Of a DNA stretch of 64,000 bases, positions 49,132 through 62,117 are shown piece after piece. The notes below the pieces were generated by a model, which did no database searches, was not told where the DNA came from, and saw only the letters and a program-made list of their open reading frames with translations. The DNA lies in assembly GCF_032062105.1 (NCBI RefSeq), contig NW_026938695.1:434001-498000 (forward strand), in the 5' to 3' direction. Origin of the DNA: Saccostrea cucullata (taxonomy: Eukaryota). How positions within the stretch are numbered: the first letter of the stretch is position 1; every line of letters starts with the position of its first letter. Both the position numbers and the translations under genes were made by a program.

Positions 49132-50636
49132 ATGAGCTTTTTTTTCAATCAGTTTATTGTATGGGTACACCTTCAAACTACAACTGCAAATGTACCACTC
49201 ACAAAGACCCCGGATGTGAATTCAACGACAACAGTTACCCCAGTCAGCAAGAGCGCAGATGTACATGCGACGAAAGCAAATGCACCAATCACTGAGAGCC
49301 CGGATGTATATTCAACGGAAGCAAATTCACCAATCACTGAGAGCCCGGATGTATACTCAACGGCAGCAAATGCACCAATCACTGAGAGCCCGGATGTATA
49401 TTCAACGGAAGCAATAGCACCAGTCACTGAAAGTCCAGATGTATATTCAACGGAAGCAAATGCACCAGTCACTGAGAGCAGTGTAAATTTACCGTCGGAT
49501 AAAACACCAGCAGTCGACAGCACAGAGTTTGTTAACGGAAGCATTTCGACCATTTCCATTGAAATCATTGGATTGATCAACGGTAAACTCTCTTGGGTTC
49601 AAGATCAAGTACATCTGACATTGCTGAGAGATTACATGATCTTCTGTCCAAATCAGGACATGTGTCTGGGAGAGGAAATACGAAATAACGTTAACATTTC
49701 CAAGAAACAAGCTTGCACTACCTGCAGTTGCAGCGATGAATGTTTTAAAACATACAATTGCTGTCCCTCAAAAGACCTAGAGAATATCCGGTCAATGATT
49801 GAAAGAAACACTGGAGAAAGATTGAGGAATTCTTCACTGTCGTGTTCTGCATCGGAAATAGAAGGAATCAGAAGTACAACTAAACAGGTTACGAAGTATT
49901 GGATGATGACGTCGTGCCCCTCAAATTATCCTGAAAATGATATTCACAAAAAATGTACACAAGAAGCTCACCTCATGGCACCAGACATTTCCTTTCACAG
50001 ACCAGTCACGTCCTATGTCACTGCCGTTACCTATAAAAATATATATTGTTCACTGTGTAATGGTGAAGAGAGACAAAATACTTCGGGTTGGAAAATGTTC
50101 GTGAAATCTCAATTAGATGACCTAGCTGGCGTCTCTGATATTGAAAAGTCTGATGAAGAAATTTACAAATTCTTCATGCAGAACATCACTGATTTTGATA
50201 TTGTTTTTGAACCTTCGAAGTCCGCGAAAGATATCGTCCAAAAATGTTACTCTGAATATATATCAACCTGCAACGTTACTGGTGTATGGAGAAACTTCGA
50301 CCAAGTCATCATGAAAGCGTGTGAAAATCTTGATTTCATATCCGTATTTACCGACTGCAATAAACTTTACAAGAATGTTTACTGTGCCATCTGCAATACA
50401 CAGCGTCCGTATCAGAATCTTAGCTATGAATGCCCCGGGTCAATCCAGGAATATGCAAGGAACAAGGATAACGATTCTGTTAATGTGCATTTTTCATCTC
50501 ATAATCCTAAACCATTTCCTCACAAATACAGCGTAAAATGCGACCCCGGTGAAATTTACGATCCAAAAAAGGTAACTACAAAGACCATTATATAGTATAA
50601 AAAAGTATATTTTCTAACAAGGTTAGATCACTTGCC

Positions 50637-50705
<69 letters not shown>

Positions 50706-52285
50706 TGATTATGTACCCATCAATCAAAAATCATTTTTTAAAAACCTACTGTAGAAGAAACAAAATCAAATATATACAAATGTATTGAAGTTTTCTGATT
50801 TAATCATTGAGATTGACCTCTTCATTTTAGAGATCTTGTCTGAAGACTGTATGCGAGCTTGGTTTCAGACAAATTGGACCGAAGTGCGAGGTCAAGATAA
50901 AAGAGGCTAACGAAGCAACCTACGTCCTTAACACTTTAACTTGCAGCGACGGCATCCCGATCTTGTCGTATTTTAAAAGACTTCCAATTGAAGACAACGA
51001 ATACGTCTGCTCCATATGTGGGACTGAACAGCATTTTCCAGTTAAAAAGACGGAGTGGAAAAAATGTCAACCATTATCGATATGGTATAAGGTGTCTCAT
51101 CCACATCGAGTTGATTTTATGATGGAATATTTATACAACTTGCACCGAGGACGAACCTATGTCAACAAAGAAAATTATACTATGTACACGGCCTTTCATC
51201 CAAATATGACTGCTTATGTCAATTCTCCCCGATTTCTTAACCCGTTCTCTATGATCCAATTCCCCATCGATCGCTGTTTGGAATGTTCTAAATCTCGCGC
51301 TCTCACATTTTCCTTGGCAAAATGGCAGACATGTCCGAGAGTTCTCGTGGAAACTTTTAGAATGTATATACTCCACGATAAACTTTTGTTTTGCTTCAAA
51401 GAGTATGACGCCTGTATTAGCCATTCGTATGTTAGAGTTTCGGACGATTTGCAGTTTATCGGGGTGTGCATACATCAGTACTTACAAGCGATTAGAAATA
51501 CTTATACTGGCGTCAAGGAAGACACTAGGGGCGAAACAGTTTTCATCATTTGTCTCTTAATCTCTCTGTTAGCATGTTTGCTTCATTCGATATCCACCGT
51601 TTTCTTGATAGAAGAATGGACACCTCTTATTCTCTGCCAAATGGCTCAGTCTTTTTCCTACTTTGCTTTGAATTTTTTCCTTATTTTGACGAAACTAGTT
51701 TTTCTGGGTGAGATATTTTGTGCTGTGTTTGGAATGGTGATACATTTCCTTTTCCTTCTTGTCGCAGGTTGGTCTAGCGTTGTCTGTGTCGATTTAGCTC
51801 GTGCAATCCATATGTTGTTGTCGTCTGGGGTACGAATCAAGATGAGGCTATCACGATTTGTAACTTATGCTGCCATAAATTTTACGGTTTGTCTTCTTTT
51901 CGTTATTTTTAACGCATTCATCATAAATGATTATGAAAACGATTCTTTTTTGGGATACTCCCTTTCAGGCTGTGAAATTTCCTCCATTAACATGAGTCTG
52001 TACACCATCGGAATTCCACTGAGTTGCATGTTTGCCGTGAACTCTGCCTGTATCTTTTATATCTCATTTAAAATAAAGGGAATTTTTACTCTCATGCACT
52101 GCCCGGAAATTACAATGGTGAAATCTTTCTCTGCGATATCCTTCTTTGTCTGGCTTTGCTGGGTCTTCGATTATATTGTGGCGTTAACAAACATCGCCAT
52201 CTTCGGCTCTCTTCGACAGCTTGCTACGGTTGTAAATGGAATAGTCATTTTTGTTGCGTTCAGTCCTGTATTCTTTGAAGAATGA
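49132..52285 (+). CDS. Class-B-like (adhesion/Methuselah-like) 7TM receptor with mucin-like repeats and Cys-rich ectodomain; ~964 aa
   Basis: Exons 49132 (or acceptor at 49153)-50571 and 50831-52285, phase 0. SMB-like CSCSDECFKTYNCCP, two YKNxYCxxCN modules, seven hydrophobic helices, and TM3 FCAVFGMVIHFLFLLVAGW typical of family B. The true start is uncertain. Confidence 0.8.
49185..49480 (+). repeat. Coding 45-bp tandem repeat (ESPDVYSTEANAPIT), ~6.5 copies
   Basis: ccaatcactgagagcccggatgtatattcaacggaagcaaat units. Confidence 0.9.
50639..50701 (+). repeat. (GA)n microsatellite in GPCR intron
   Basis: About 31 GA units. Confidence 0.95.
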
Positions 52286-53531
52286 AGTAAAATCAATCTA
52301 TAAATCATAACAATGTAGTGAAAAATGAGTGGTTATCCTCATAACCTTACATCCGTTAATTTTATATCTTTCCCTTGACATTTCCTATGAAAATTGTACT
52401 AAACAATAAAGGTTCAAGTGCCATGAAGAAGTGAGCATCCCCATTATAATGAAGTCAAAATTTCCAAATAAATAAACAATATTATAGATCTATGTCGCAT
52501 GAGGAGAAAATTAGGATGGGTTAAATAAATAATTTCAATATCCTATTAAGGTTGCCTGGAAGTACTAGTTTTATAAAATTTGCTAACTAGAGGCAAAAGA
52601 TAATGAGACGAGAAGTATTCAAAGACTCTGGGGGAAATTAAAATGTCAACAACAAAAAATAATAATAAACATCCGAAAAAGCAAGAAAACTTTGTAAGAG
52701 GAAAGAGCCTCCGCAAAAATTAGTCATTAGAGGAGCAGAAAATGTTCTAGAAAGCAGAGGAACGTTCCTGAAAAAAGACCTTACCATAGAAGAAAGGATC
52801 GTCTGAGGACATTCTTAAAAGCTGAGAAAAAATTCTAGAATGTGGGGAAAAATGCCAAAGAAGGAAAGAACGTTCTAGATATGAGACAATCTCAGTACAT
52901 GATAGGAGGAGGTATCGTATAAAAAGTGGCATAATTCCCAAAGTAAAAGGGGGCGTGCTACATGTAGGAAGTAAACGAATGCCCTAGAAAAAGGAATAAA
53001 CGTATTTTGCTGGATATTCTTTTTAGCGCTCCTGGTCGAAAGCATCCTCTGCTAATTCAAGTTAAATGCTAAATGTCTCGCACATATACATGTTCATATG
53101 AAGAAGAACATTAAGATGTCCGCTGAAAAAAATCCTCGATAACTTGTTCAAGATCCAGGCTCCGCCAAATATCGTACGCGTTAAATATAATATATTTACA
53201 GTATGTGTTGTGGAAAAGTGATTAAAATTCATAAGGGAAAATTAATTCTATAATTTTGAACGGTCAATTACATTTTACGTTAAATACGGTTCTAAGAAGT
53301 ACGTTTGCACTTATGTTGTAACATTTAATGTTGACAAGACTTGTTGGACAAATTTATAGAAATCATCGTAAGAATAACATTGTGATGTATATTTTGAATT
53401 CTTGATATAGACAATGAGATTCAGTGTGGTGTTGCATTTAATTGATATTTCAATTTGTTTAAACTGGAACATCAATTGTCACACAAGATATTTTACAGTT
53501 TTATATGTCATGATTATATAACATTTATCAT

Positions 53532-53791
53532 GCTAACCTTTGAACCTCTTTATCTAGCTAACCTTTGAACCTCTTTATCGAGCTAACCTTTGAACCTCTT
53601 TATCGAGCTAACCTTTGAACCTCTTAATCGTGCTAACCTTTGAACCTCTTTATCATTCTAACTTTTGAACCTCATTATCTGGCTAACCTTTGAACCTCTT
53701 TATTTGGCTAACCTTTGAACCTCTTTATTTGGCTAACCTTTGAACCTCTTTATCTGGCTAACCTTTAAACCTTTGTTGCTAACCTTTGAAC
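53532..53791 (+). repeat. 24-bp minisatellite, ~11 copies
   Basis: gctaacctttgaacctctttatc(t/g)(a/g) units. Confidence 0.95.
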
Positions 53792-54369
53792 ATCTGTAAC
53801 TGACTGATATTTCAAATTGTGCTACTTAGTGGAAAAAATGAAATGGAGATAAATTGGATTAATTTTTTTAAACATAGAAAAAAATTCTTTGAGGTGGTAA
53901 TTTATCAGATCAGCTTTTTACAAAAATACATATTTAAAAAAAATCGAATTATGATTAATGAAACAAAGTAAGGGCCATGCCAAAAAGAAAAAAAATGCAG
54001 ATATCTATCCCTAATATCGGTGTTCCTTGATAATCGGCCCTGTCCTTGTAAAGTGAGTCAATGTCCGTGTATCTGAATAAAATAAAATATTTGTATTGTA
54101 AAATGCTGTATGTTTGTGATGATTTATTCTGCGTTATACTTAAAACGGGCATTAAATAAAGAGGATTTCCTCATTTTCCATGTTATTTCAAACATTTTCA
54201 TTATATCAAGCGGACATGGAAATATATACATGTATATACGACGAATGTTTTAAACCCAAACTTTAGAGATGACTCCTGGGTCTGGGATTTTGAACAGATT
54301 GGAAAGAAAAAGAAACATATTTAAGTCTTCTGGAATCTCAACATATACTTACAGATAACTTTCTTAAAA

Positions 54370-56480
54370 AAAAGAAAGAATGAATCGTTTAAACGTCCAC
54401 ATTTGGCCCCCCAAATATTTACAAAAAAATAACTTTCAGATTTTTTACATAATTTTGCCCCAATCTTTCCATTAAACATTGTAGTTTATTAATTTCAATT
54501 AAAAAATTTGCTTTCATAAACTGTAATTAGGTATTTTTCTGATTAATATAGCAGGGGTACGTTGTTTACACCAATTTCTCATAGACTTTAGACCAAACCC
54601 CCATTTTGTAAGCCCATTTTTTACACGAGCGCATTGATGTTTCAATTTGCCGTTTTTATGGACAACGTAAAAAGTAATACTAATCATTTACATCCATGAA
54701 AGAAATTGAAACAATCGTGCGCTCTTGTGTTATTTTCCCAAAAACCTCAAAATCACGGGTACTTGTCTCTATAGTAAAGCTACCTTGTTTACAAACAACC
54801 CTTCTTTGACCTCATAAATAACAAAGCATTGAACACATGATTTAAATCTATTCACTTTCACGCTTTGAGCACACCATTTCGACATCGTGTCTAGAGTGTC
54901 TGCGAGCTATCCATTGTCAAATCTTATTCCATCGGCTAAAAATACTTGGACAACCTTTCTATTTGAAAATACATGTATTTTGGTGGAGTACATACTTGAT
55001 ATATCTATATGCTAGGTTGAATTGTTTTATTTATCTGTTATTGAACTGTTGAACGTTATTTTTGCCAATTTCAGTTTGTTTTTTTTTTCTTTCGGTAAGT
55101 ATCTATCGATCTACTTCGGGGAGGGGGGGGGGGGTATAGCATAATCTGTTACTTAATCACTGCATATATTTTTTAAACATAATTAAAAATTCTCTTTAGG
55201 TATCGTTGATTCCGCTTTTTACTGTGTTTATATATTATACACGTGCGTCTGTTTCAAGAAAACTCTCACTTTAACTGCTGGAAGATATTAAAAAGTTATA
55301 GTCCTTTTTTCTGTTAAAACCGTCATTATACACTGTTATAATCGGAAAACACTTACTACACCATGCCTAAAAGTATAAACTGTGTTGTTTGTAAATCTAA
55401 TCGAAGAATTACCCTCCAGGGAAAGATAAACGAAGTACGGAGGACTGAATTAGCGCGTATTACGGGAGGAAAGGTCACGGGGGATGACCACATCTGCACA
55501 AAATGCACCCTCTAGGGGCAATGTTGATGTTAAAACATTTTACATCAGCACAAAGTCGCACAAATATTGTGCTATTTGCAGATCCCGTAAAAAGTCAATG
55601 AAAACTGTTTCTAAGAAAGTCTGCGCACAGGTATTTCTTAAACATAATGTTATATAGCACGAAAAAGCACGTGTATGCCCCTCTTACTTGTCCAATGAAC
55701 ACATGATTAAAGATCAACATTATCCTAGCTTTCTATCAAAATTCAACCGCATACATATATTTGTTGGAACACTCAGATTTTTTGCAAAATTATATGCTAT
55801 TGATAATCAATTCTACGTGTAAAAAAACTTTAACGAAATTATTATCGCTTTAGAATTGAAATAATTATCCCTTGAGAAATAAGCTAGGTTACTCATGTTA
55901 CTGTAAAATCTTAAAAATACTTACCTAGTCCTAAAAATACCATCTTTTGTAAGACATTATTTTTACAGAAACCATATCATTGTGTTTACATTTTATTTCA
56001 ACGAATTTCAAAAATAATTATTTCATTGATATACTCGTTTAAAAGCTAAGCAGTAGAAACAAAACCTAAACCTGCCAAAATTATTACATATTGTCGGTCC
56101 CAAGCCCGAAAAAAGATTGTTTAGTTATTTAATAAGATATCACTTAAAACTATATTAAGTACACGTCGAACACTCGATAATATATTCACACTATTCGCAC
56201 GCTTGATTGACGCTCCGCCTCCTTATTCACATAATACAATGATCTATATAGCTGCAATGGCGAAGTTGAGATTTGGCACTGATGTATGCAATTTTTTTTT
56301 TCATTGATATTATGTATATATTGAGAGTCTCGCTATCAAAAAAGATTTTGAAGTGTTTGTGTTTATACCATACTTGTACATTCTAGCTAAAATATGTCAA
56401 TGTTCTGATTTGAAAAGGCAAAAATTCATGTTTAAAAAGGGGCCAGATCGCAATGTTATGAAGAGTCATTCTTTCTCAAA
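54370..56480. mobile_element. Decayed DNA transposon remnant
   Basis: Imperfect inverted ends agaaagaatga...atttggccccc / ggggccagat...tcattctttct. Internal broken frame SHKYCAIC...QVFLKHNVI*HEKARVC (~55555-55690) resembles a transposase zinc-binding region. Confidence 0.4.
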
Positions 56481-56629
56481 TCAGTCAGTAATTCTTTGAT
56501 TATTCCAATTCACGAAGGTGAGTTCAATTCTCTCGATCTCCATCTGTTCTTGATTCCTAAACTTGATAAAATCCTTACAAAATTAAGATCATTACCAATG
56601 TTCTACAAAGTCTTTACAAACATTTCTGG

Positions 56630-56927
56630 ATGATTGATTGATTTGTTTGTTGTTTAACGTCCCTCTTTTTCACACATATTGAGACGCCGCGACTTGCTGG
56701 TGGAGAGCAACAAATGTTGTCCTTTACTCGGCACTCAGGGCTAATGAGCAGGGAGGGATCTTTTCCTTGCCATCACCTACTGCGACACGGGACCTCAATT
56801 TAAACGGTCTCATCCGAATGACCGGCCTTCACGTCCAACAGTGGGATTCAAACCCGCGACGTAAGGATCATATTCTTACTTGGCGAATCTAGAGCAGACT
56901 CTCTAACCACTGCGCCATGTGGGCGAC
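56630..56927 (-). mobile_element. Deu-like tRNA SINE, second subfamily
   Basis: Shares body and tail with 48508-48859 (tttaacgtccctc, tactcggcactcagggc, gacacgggacct) but has a different head. Confidence 0.8.
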
Positions 56928-57432
56928 CTACATGCGTGTACTGTGCTACAGCATACTATAGAAACTGCGTAAATTAAATTTTGGTTTCTCTGATGATCTA
57001 AATTTCAGAACAAATTGGACAGTAATTTTAAAGCAAAACCTATTGGAAAATATCTTATATACATGTAACATAAAGACTAAGAAATGATGACAGATGAAAC
57101 AAATCACAAAAGATCCCCTGAGAGACGCTTTTATTTAAACATAAAAACTGAATTATCAATCACTGGAAAATCTTTCATAAAGTTTAACCCTTTCTGATCC
57201 AAATATTATAGAACAATTTTTTTAAAACCCACCACTCTCTCCATTACAATTTTTAACAAGAAGTCTGTGAGCATGCAGTGCTCACTAGTAATACCCCTGC
57301 TCTGATGTGAATATATTATGTTACTAGTGGTAATAAACATAATTCAGTTACGGATAGATGTACGGATAAATAGGAAGTTGACATCAGATTCATATAAATA
57401 TAAATCCCAGCATACTGGATGCCTAAACAAAG

Positions 57433-57642
57433 TACTGTGGTTTCATCAATTTTCGTTGGCATCAATTTTCGTGGATTATTTAAAAAGGAAGTTTTCGAGG
57501 ATTCGTAATTTCGTGACAAAAGCATTACCTATACAAATGAATAGCATATTTCTTAATTCAATGAACATTTAAATTCGTGGATCTGCTCAACAACGAATTC
57601 CTCGAAAAATGGTGCTCAACGAATGTCAATGAAACCACAGTA
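57433..57642. mobile_element. TA-target MITE
   Basis: tactgtggtttcatcaattttcgttg ... caacgaatgtcaatgaaaccacagta. Confidence 0.75.
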
Positions 57643-58050
57643 TGTACTAAAATTTTAAGCATCTGCAATGAGTGGTTTCTGAGAAAACTGTGACAAAAAT
57701 TTTGTTTTTTGTGTTTTATGTATGAAACGAACAGGTGCACGGATAAACAGGAAGTTGACATTAGATTTGAAGAAAAATAAATCCCACCATATGGCATGCC
57801 TGAGAAAAGATTGTGTTTATAAAATCTTTATTTACAAACTTCCTTTGTAAATTGTTAATGTAGGTTTTTTCCTGTAATTACATACATTATGTGTTCGGCA
57901 TTCATTGTTTTGAAATATCTTTTTTTCAAAATACTGTATACAGGGTTATTTTCGCCCCGTATTATTTTCGCCCTTTCACACTTGCAAACAATTTTGCAGC
58001 TTTGTTTTGGATCTACCATATCCCAATTCTGGTGTATTTATAGTATTTAA

Positions 58051-58266
58051 GGTTCATTGATACTCTGATAAGAGAAATAACTCTTAAAGACATAAATGTC
58101 TATTATTCCTTTAAAGATTTGCCAAGTTGAAGTGTGTTTTTTGTTGAATTTTGCCCTGCAAGGTATGCCGTAATTGTTTGTATTTTACTAATAAAATACA
58201 TTTCTTTTTAGAAAATAATTAAGGTTCAAGCAACATTTTATATGTCAGAGTGAGGTTTATGAACCT
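58051..58266. mobile_element. TTAA-target MITE, copy 2 of 861-1081
   Basis: TTAA|GGTTCAT...ATGAACC|TTTA. Colinear with 861-1081. Confidence 0.65.
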
Positions 58267-58640
58267 TTACTTCAAAATGCCAACTCCACACATAATTTTT
58301 CAAAATAAAAAGATATCTTATAACAAACACATCATATGTATATAACATGTAGAATGTCTCATTTGCAAAAAAAAAAAAAATCAGTTTTTATATTGGTTTG
58401 ACCTATTTTTATTTATTTTTTCTCAAAATACATCAAAAACTTATCTAGAAATGATAAATGAATGCACAACATTTTCTGAAACCTGATATGAGTCAATGTT
58501 CCTTATCTAACACATTATGGACCCTGCAGAATATGTTTCATAATTAATTCATTTTTCAGTGAATATTAAAACATGTATAATTTTAAATTCACTTACATTA
58601 TGTACGTGATAGAAATTCATTTTTATAAAATTCACTATCA

Positions 58641-59296
58641 GGCCAAGCTCAAAAAATTCTTTGTTTGCAGTTGCCGATCTAATCTTTTGAGTGGGTAGGT
58701 ACAATGTAAGAAGGCATTCTTTTTTTTAATTAAGTTTTTGGATATTTGTTAGATAAAAAATAATACAGCTTTTCAAAGACCTACTAAACCAGAATAATCT
58801 TCAGTCTTGTATAAACCAGATTGATAAAATCTAAAATTAAACAGTTTTAATATTCTGAAAATTAAAATAAATATTATAATTGCTAAAAAAAAAAAATTTG
58901 GGTCGGGTGCAATTTCAGTGGGTCGTAGGCAATTGCAAATAAATAAATTTTTATTTTAGGCCAAGCTTAAAAAATTGTTTGTTTGCAGTTGCCGACCTAT
59001 AATTTTTTGACTGAGTCGGTAGGTAGGCATTCTTTTTTTTTGCGGAAAAAAAAAATCAGATTTTTGCTAGAAAACAAATAAAAGAGGTTTTCATAGACCC
59101 ACTAGACATGAATAAGCTCACCTCTTTTTATAAACCACTGACTGATAAAAAAAAATCAAAAATTTTAAAATAAAACTGTTTCAATATTCTGAAAAATTGA
59201 AAAAAAAATTACAAAATGGCTAAAAAAAGTTTGGGTCGGGTGCATTTTCAGTGGGTCGGTAGGCAACTGCAAACAAATAAATTTTTATATTTGGCC
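58641..59296. mobile_element. Head-to-tail dimer of a GGCC-terminated MITE (Zator/Harbinger-like); partial copy at ~40045-40225
   Basis: ggccaagct.aaaaaatt..ttgtttgcagttgccga ... tcggtaggcaactgcaaacaa..ggcc, twice. Shared GGCC at 58959-58962. Outer 3-bp TSD TCA. Confidence 0.75.
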
Positions 59297-59320
59297 TCAC
59301 TGTTTTCACTTTACAATTAA

Positions 59321-59638
59321 GGACAGATGATACAAACAAAAAATGAATGCTTGGATTGGTATATATTTTTTGGCCTAATTTCATTGCAAATGATGAAAAT
59401 AATAAATCCCTAGAATATAAAGAAATTGTAAACCTTCAGTGATGTTCAAAATTCTGCCTTTCTGAAACCATCCTTATTAATCTATACAAAAATATTTCAC
59501 TTCAAATTCCATTTTTGTGTAAATTTGAATAAAAAATTAAAAACTATGCTATGAAAGTTATTCATTTTACTTATTTAAACATGATTCAAGTTAATAATTT
59601 CCAATTTTTGGACAAAAGTTTGTTTGTATCATCTGTCC
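59321..59638. mobile_element. TTAA-target MITE (Kolobok-like) immediately 3' of the PYM1 stop codon
   Basis: TTAA|ggacagatgatacaaacaaa ... tttgtttgtatcatctgtcc|TTAA. Perfect 20-bp TIR. Confidence 0.9.
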
Positions 59639-62117
59639 TTAATCTTCTAAGTCTAATTCCAGGTCTTCTATTTCATCCACCAATTCTTGTCTCTTCGCTA
59701 CCTTCGCCAGCTGCTCTTTTTCCGGATTCTTTAGCTCACCCGAGTCAATTTTAGCTTTTAAGTCATCCACTTGTTTTAATTTCTTTTTCAAGTTCCTAAG
59801 TTTCTTTTCTATGGCTGCTTTATCACTAGGTGGAGCCTCATTCTGAGAAGCATCAGGAATTTTCGAAGCTGCCAGCATTGCAGTAACTGTCTCTACACTT
59901 TCCCCCCTCCCCCCAGCCCCCGACTCCTGTTGATGTTTCTTCTTTTCTTTCCGCTTGGCGTTCTTTTTAGCAGACTTAGACATGGGTTGGCTGTCGGATT
60001 TTTTCGATGCCTCAACATCTTCTGGGTTTAGTCCAGGGGGCAGGGTGGGTCGACTTTTCATCCATTGGACTCCTCGATTTTCATATCTTCAAGAAGTCAA
60101 AATGAAAAAAAAATATCATTTGTTGAAAATTTCTAACACTGCATTTGTATGTAAATTAATGTTTTTAAAATTTAGCCCAATTACTGGGTACTGAGTTGCT
60201 TGTGTATTCATGAATGAGCTCTACACAAGTTATTTCTCAGTAGTATTCATGAGTTAATTGTTTTTTCATGCCAAAGCTACTAAATTATGAAGCCAGCTTT
60301 TGTAAGTTCATGCACATACAATATACAGTGTACAACAATTAACTTTGTATTCAAGAATTTACCACCAATTAAAACAGCACATGAAACTATAATTTTACTA
60401 TAAATTTTCCTGATGTGGAGACCAGTCCTTCAGATGAGACCATATTAAACACTGTTAACTGAGGTCCCAAATGTCACAGAAGGTGCTGGCATGAAAAAAA
60501 AAGGTTGCTCAAAGTTTAAGTGCTGAGTACAGCTCTTAATTTTAATTTGCAGCTCTCCACCAGCAAGTGGTGGCTTCTCAATATGAGTGAAAAATTCTTA
60601 AATGGATGACGAACAAAATAAAACAAAACTTACACAGGAACTTCCTCCTGGGGTACATATCCATCTTTGACTTTTCTGGGCTTTCTCCAAGTTCCGTCTG
60701 GTCGACGTGTGGCAGGGATATAAAGCTCACCTGAAAAAGGAAAAAAAAGAACTCTATGGAAAACACTCAATCATGAAATAATGGCTCAATCTTACTTAGA
60801 TAAGACTTCTTAGGTAGATTAATGGCATAAACACTTTGCGTAAGAAGATCTGACACAACCTGACTAGGGGTCATGTTCTCCTGAACTTTATGACGTGAAT
60901 ATTCATTAAAATAGCGTGGATCTAAGAAGTCTGATTTTAATTAGATTGTGTATTCATACAGATAATATTGTAAGAATTTGAGAAAAGTTGACTTTGATGA
61001 AGACTGGTTTGCAATTAACTACTAACCTAGTAGCAATTGTATGAAACTTTGTAAATATCAGATACTGTAAATGATATAGCCAGAAAAACTTTTAAAACTT
61101 TGAGCAAAACTTCTTTTTAGGAGCTACATTTTGGTGAATGATTTTTACATACATTATTTTCAGAAGAGTTTAAGATTAAACATTGGGGCTGTCATGGGTA
61201 CCCGAAATGACCTGGAACCACGGAACAACTTATTTGGGACGGGTACGGATTCGTTTTTCCGGAACTCGGTTCGGTTCCAATTTGTACATTAGAGTAGGTT
61301 GTACTATAAAAATGGCCTCAAAAACATGAGATTTGTTAGTACATTGCCATTACAGGGTGATTTATATAATTTGTACAATTGTTTTCTAGTCAGGAAACTA
61401 CTTTAAAATAGTTATAATGTTGCTATTTCTAAGATTAAATGAAATTATTCTTTGTTGTTGAAAATAATACAAATCATGAGCTTATATTCCATTACCTACC
61501 CGAACTGAAAAACCCAAAACCAAACCTAAAAAAATCAGAACCGACTCGAAAAAATTTTGGAACCGTGACAGCCCTATTAAACATTGAAATTTCATTGAAT
61601 TATATATTTTCACTGCTCCAATTTGTGATTTTTTAAGGCATTCTGAAAAAATAGCACATTTAAGAAAAAAAAAAGTTTGATAAATAAAAACGCTAAATCA
61701 GGCTATACTGAAGAGCTTGATAAAGCTAGACATGTATATTGCTAAATCAAGAGATTGTGTCAGATTAGTGACCAAATATAGCTGCAGAACTGTAGCATTC
61801 TGGTTTTATATTTTACATGTAGTCTTTACTACAGAACTGTAGCTTTATGGTTTTATATTTACACTTGCAAATGTTTTCCTTTATATAACACTACTGAAAG
61901 CAATGCGTATCTATAATTGTATAAATACAGGTACGGGGTCAAGAGGTCATAGATGTGCATATGGATAAACGTCCAATGTAATTTCTCAGTAACGTCATAA
62001 AGGCCAGAAGGAATGATAAAATTCAAGTTTTGCCAAAGATTATGCATTGGAAGTTTCCTATAAATTACCTGTCTTCTCGTCCTTAACAACGCCTTCCCGC
62101 TCAGGAACAAAATCCAT
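59639..62117 (-). CDS. PYM1: Partner of Y14 and Mago (PYM/WIBG), exon-junction-complex disassembly factor; 197 aa
   Basis: Exons 62117-62069 ([16 protein letters not shown]), 60730-60634 ([32 protein letters not shown]), 60086-59639 (YENRG...[14 protein letters not shown]...[17 protein letters not shown]...PEKEQLAKV). GT-AG, in phase. The Mago-binding motif is diagnostic. Confidence 0.96.
60420..60630 (+). mobile_element. Degenerate Deu-like SINE fragment in PYM1 intron 2
   Basis: gtccttcagatgagacc...gaggtccc...tgctgagta...ctctccaccagcaagt...tctcaatatgagtgaaaaattct is the reverse complement of the 56630-56927 body. Confidence 0.6.
61184..61576. mobile_element. hAT MITE in PYM1 intron 1
   Basis: t(g/a)gggctgtca TIRs with an 8-bp TSD ttaaacat. 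Confidence 0.85.

Noticed and set aside
49173-49580. Antisense repeat ORF (VEYTSGLSV...)
   Set aside because: Mirror of the GPCR's 45-bp coding repeat.
53532-53791. CRISPR-like regular repeat
   Set aside because: Contiguous 24-bp units with no unique spacers, no cas genes, and eukaryotic context; it is a minisatellite.
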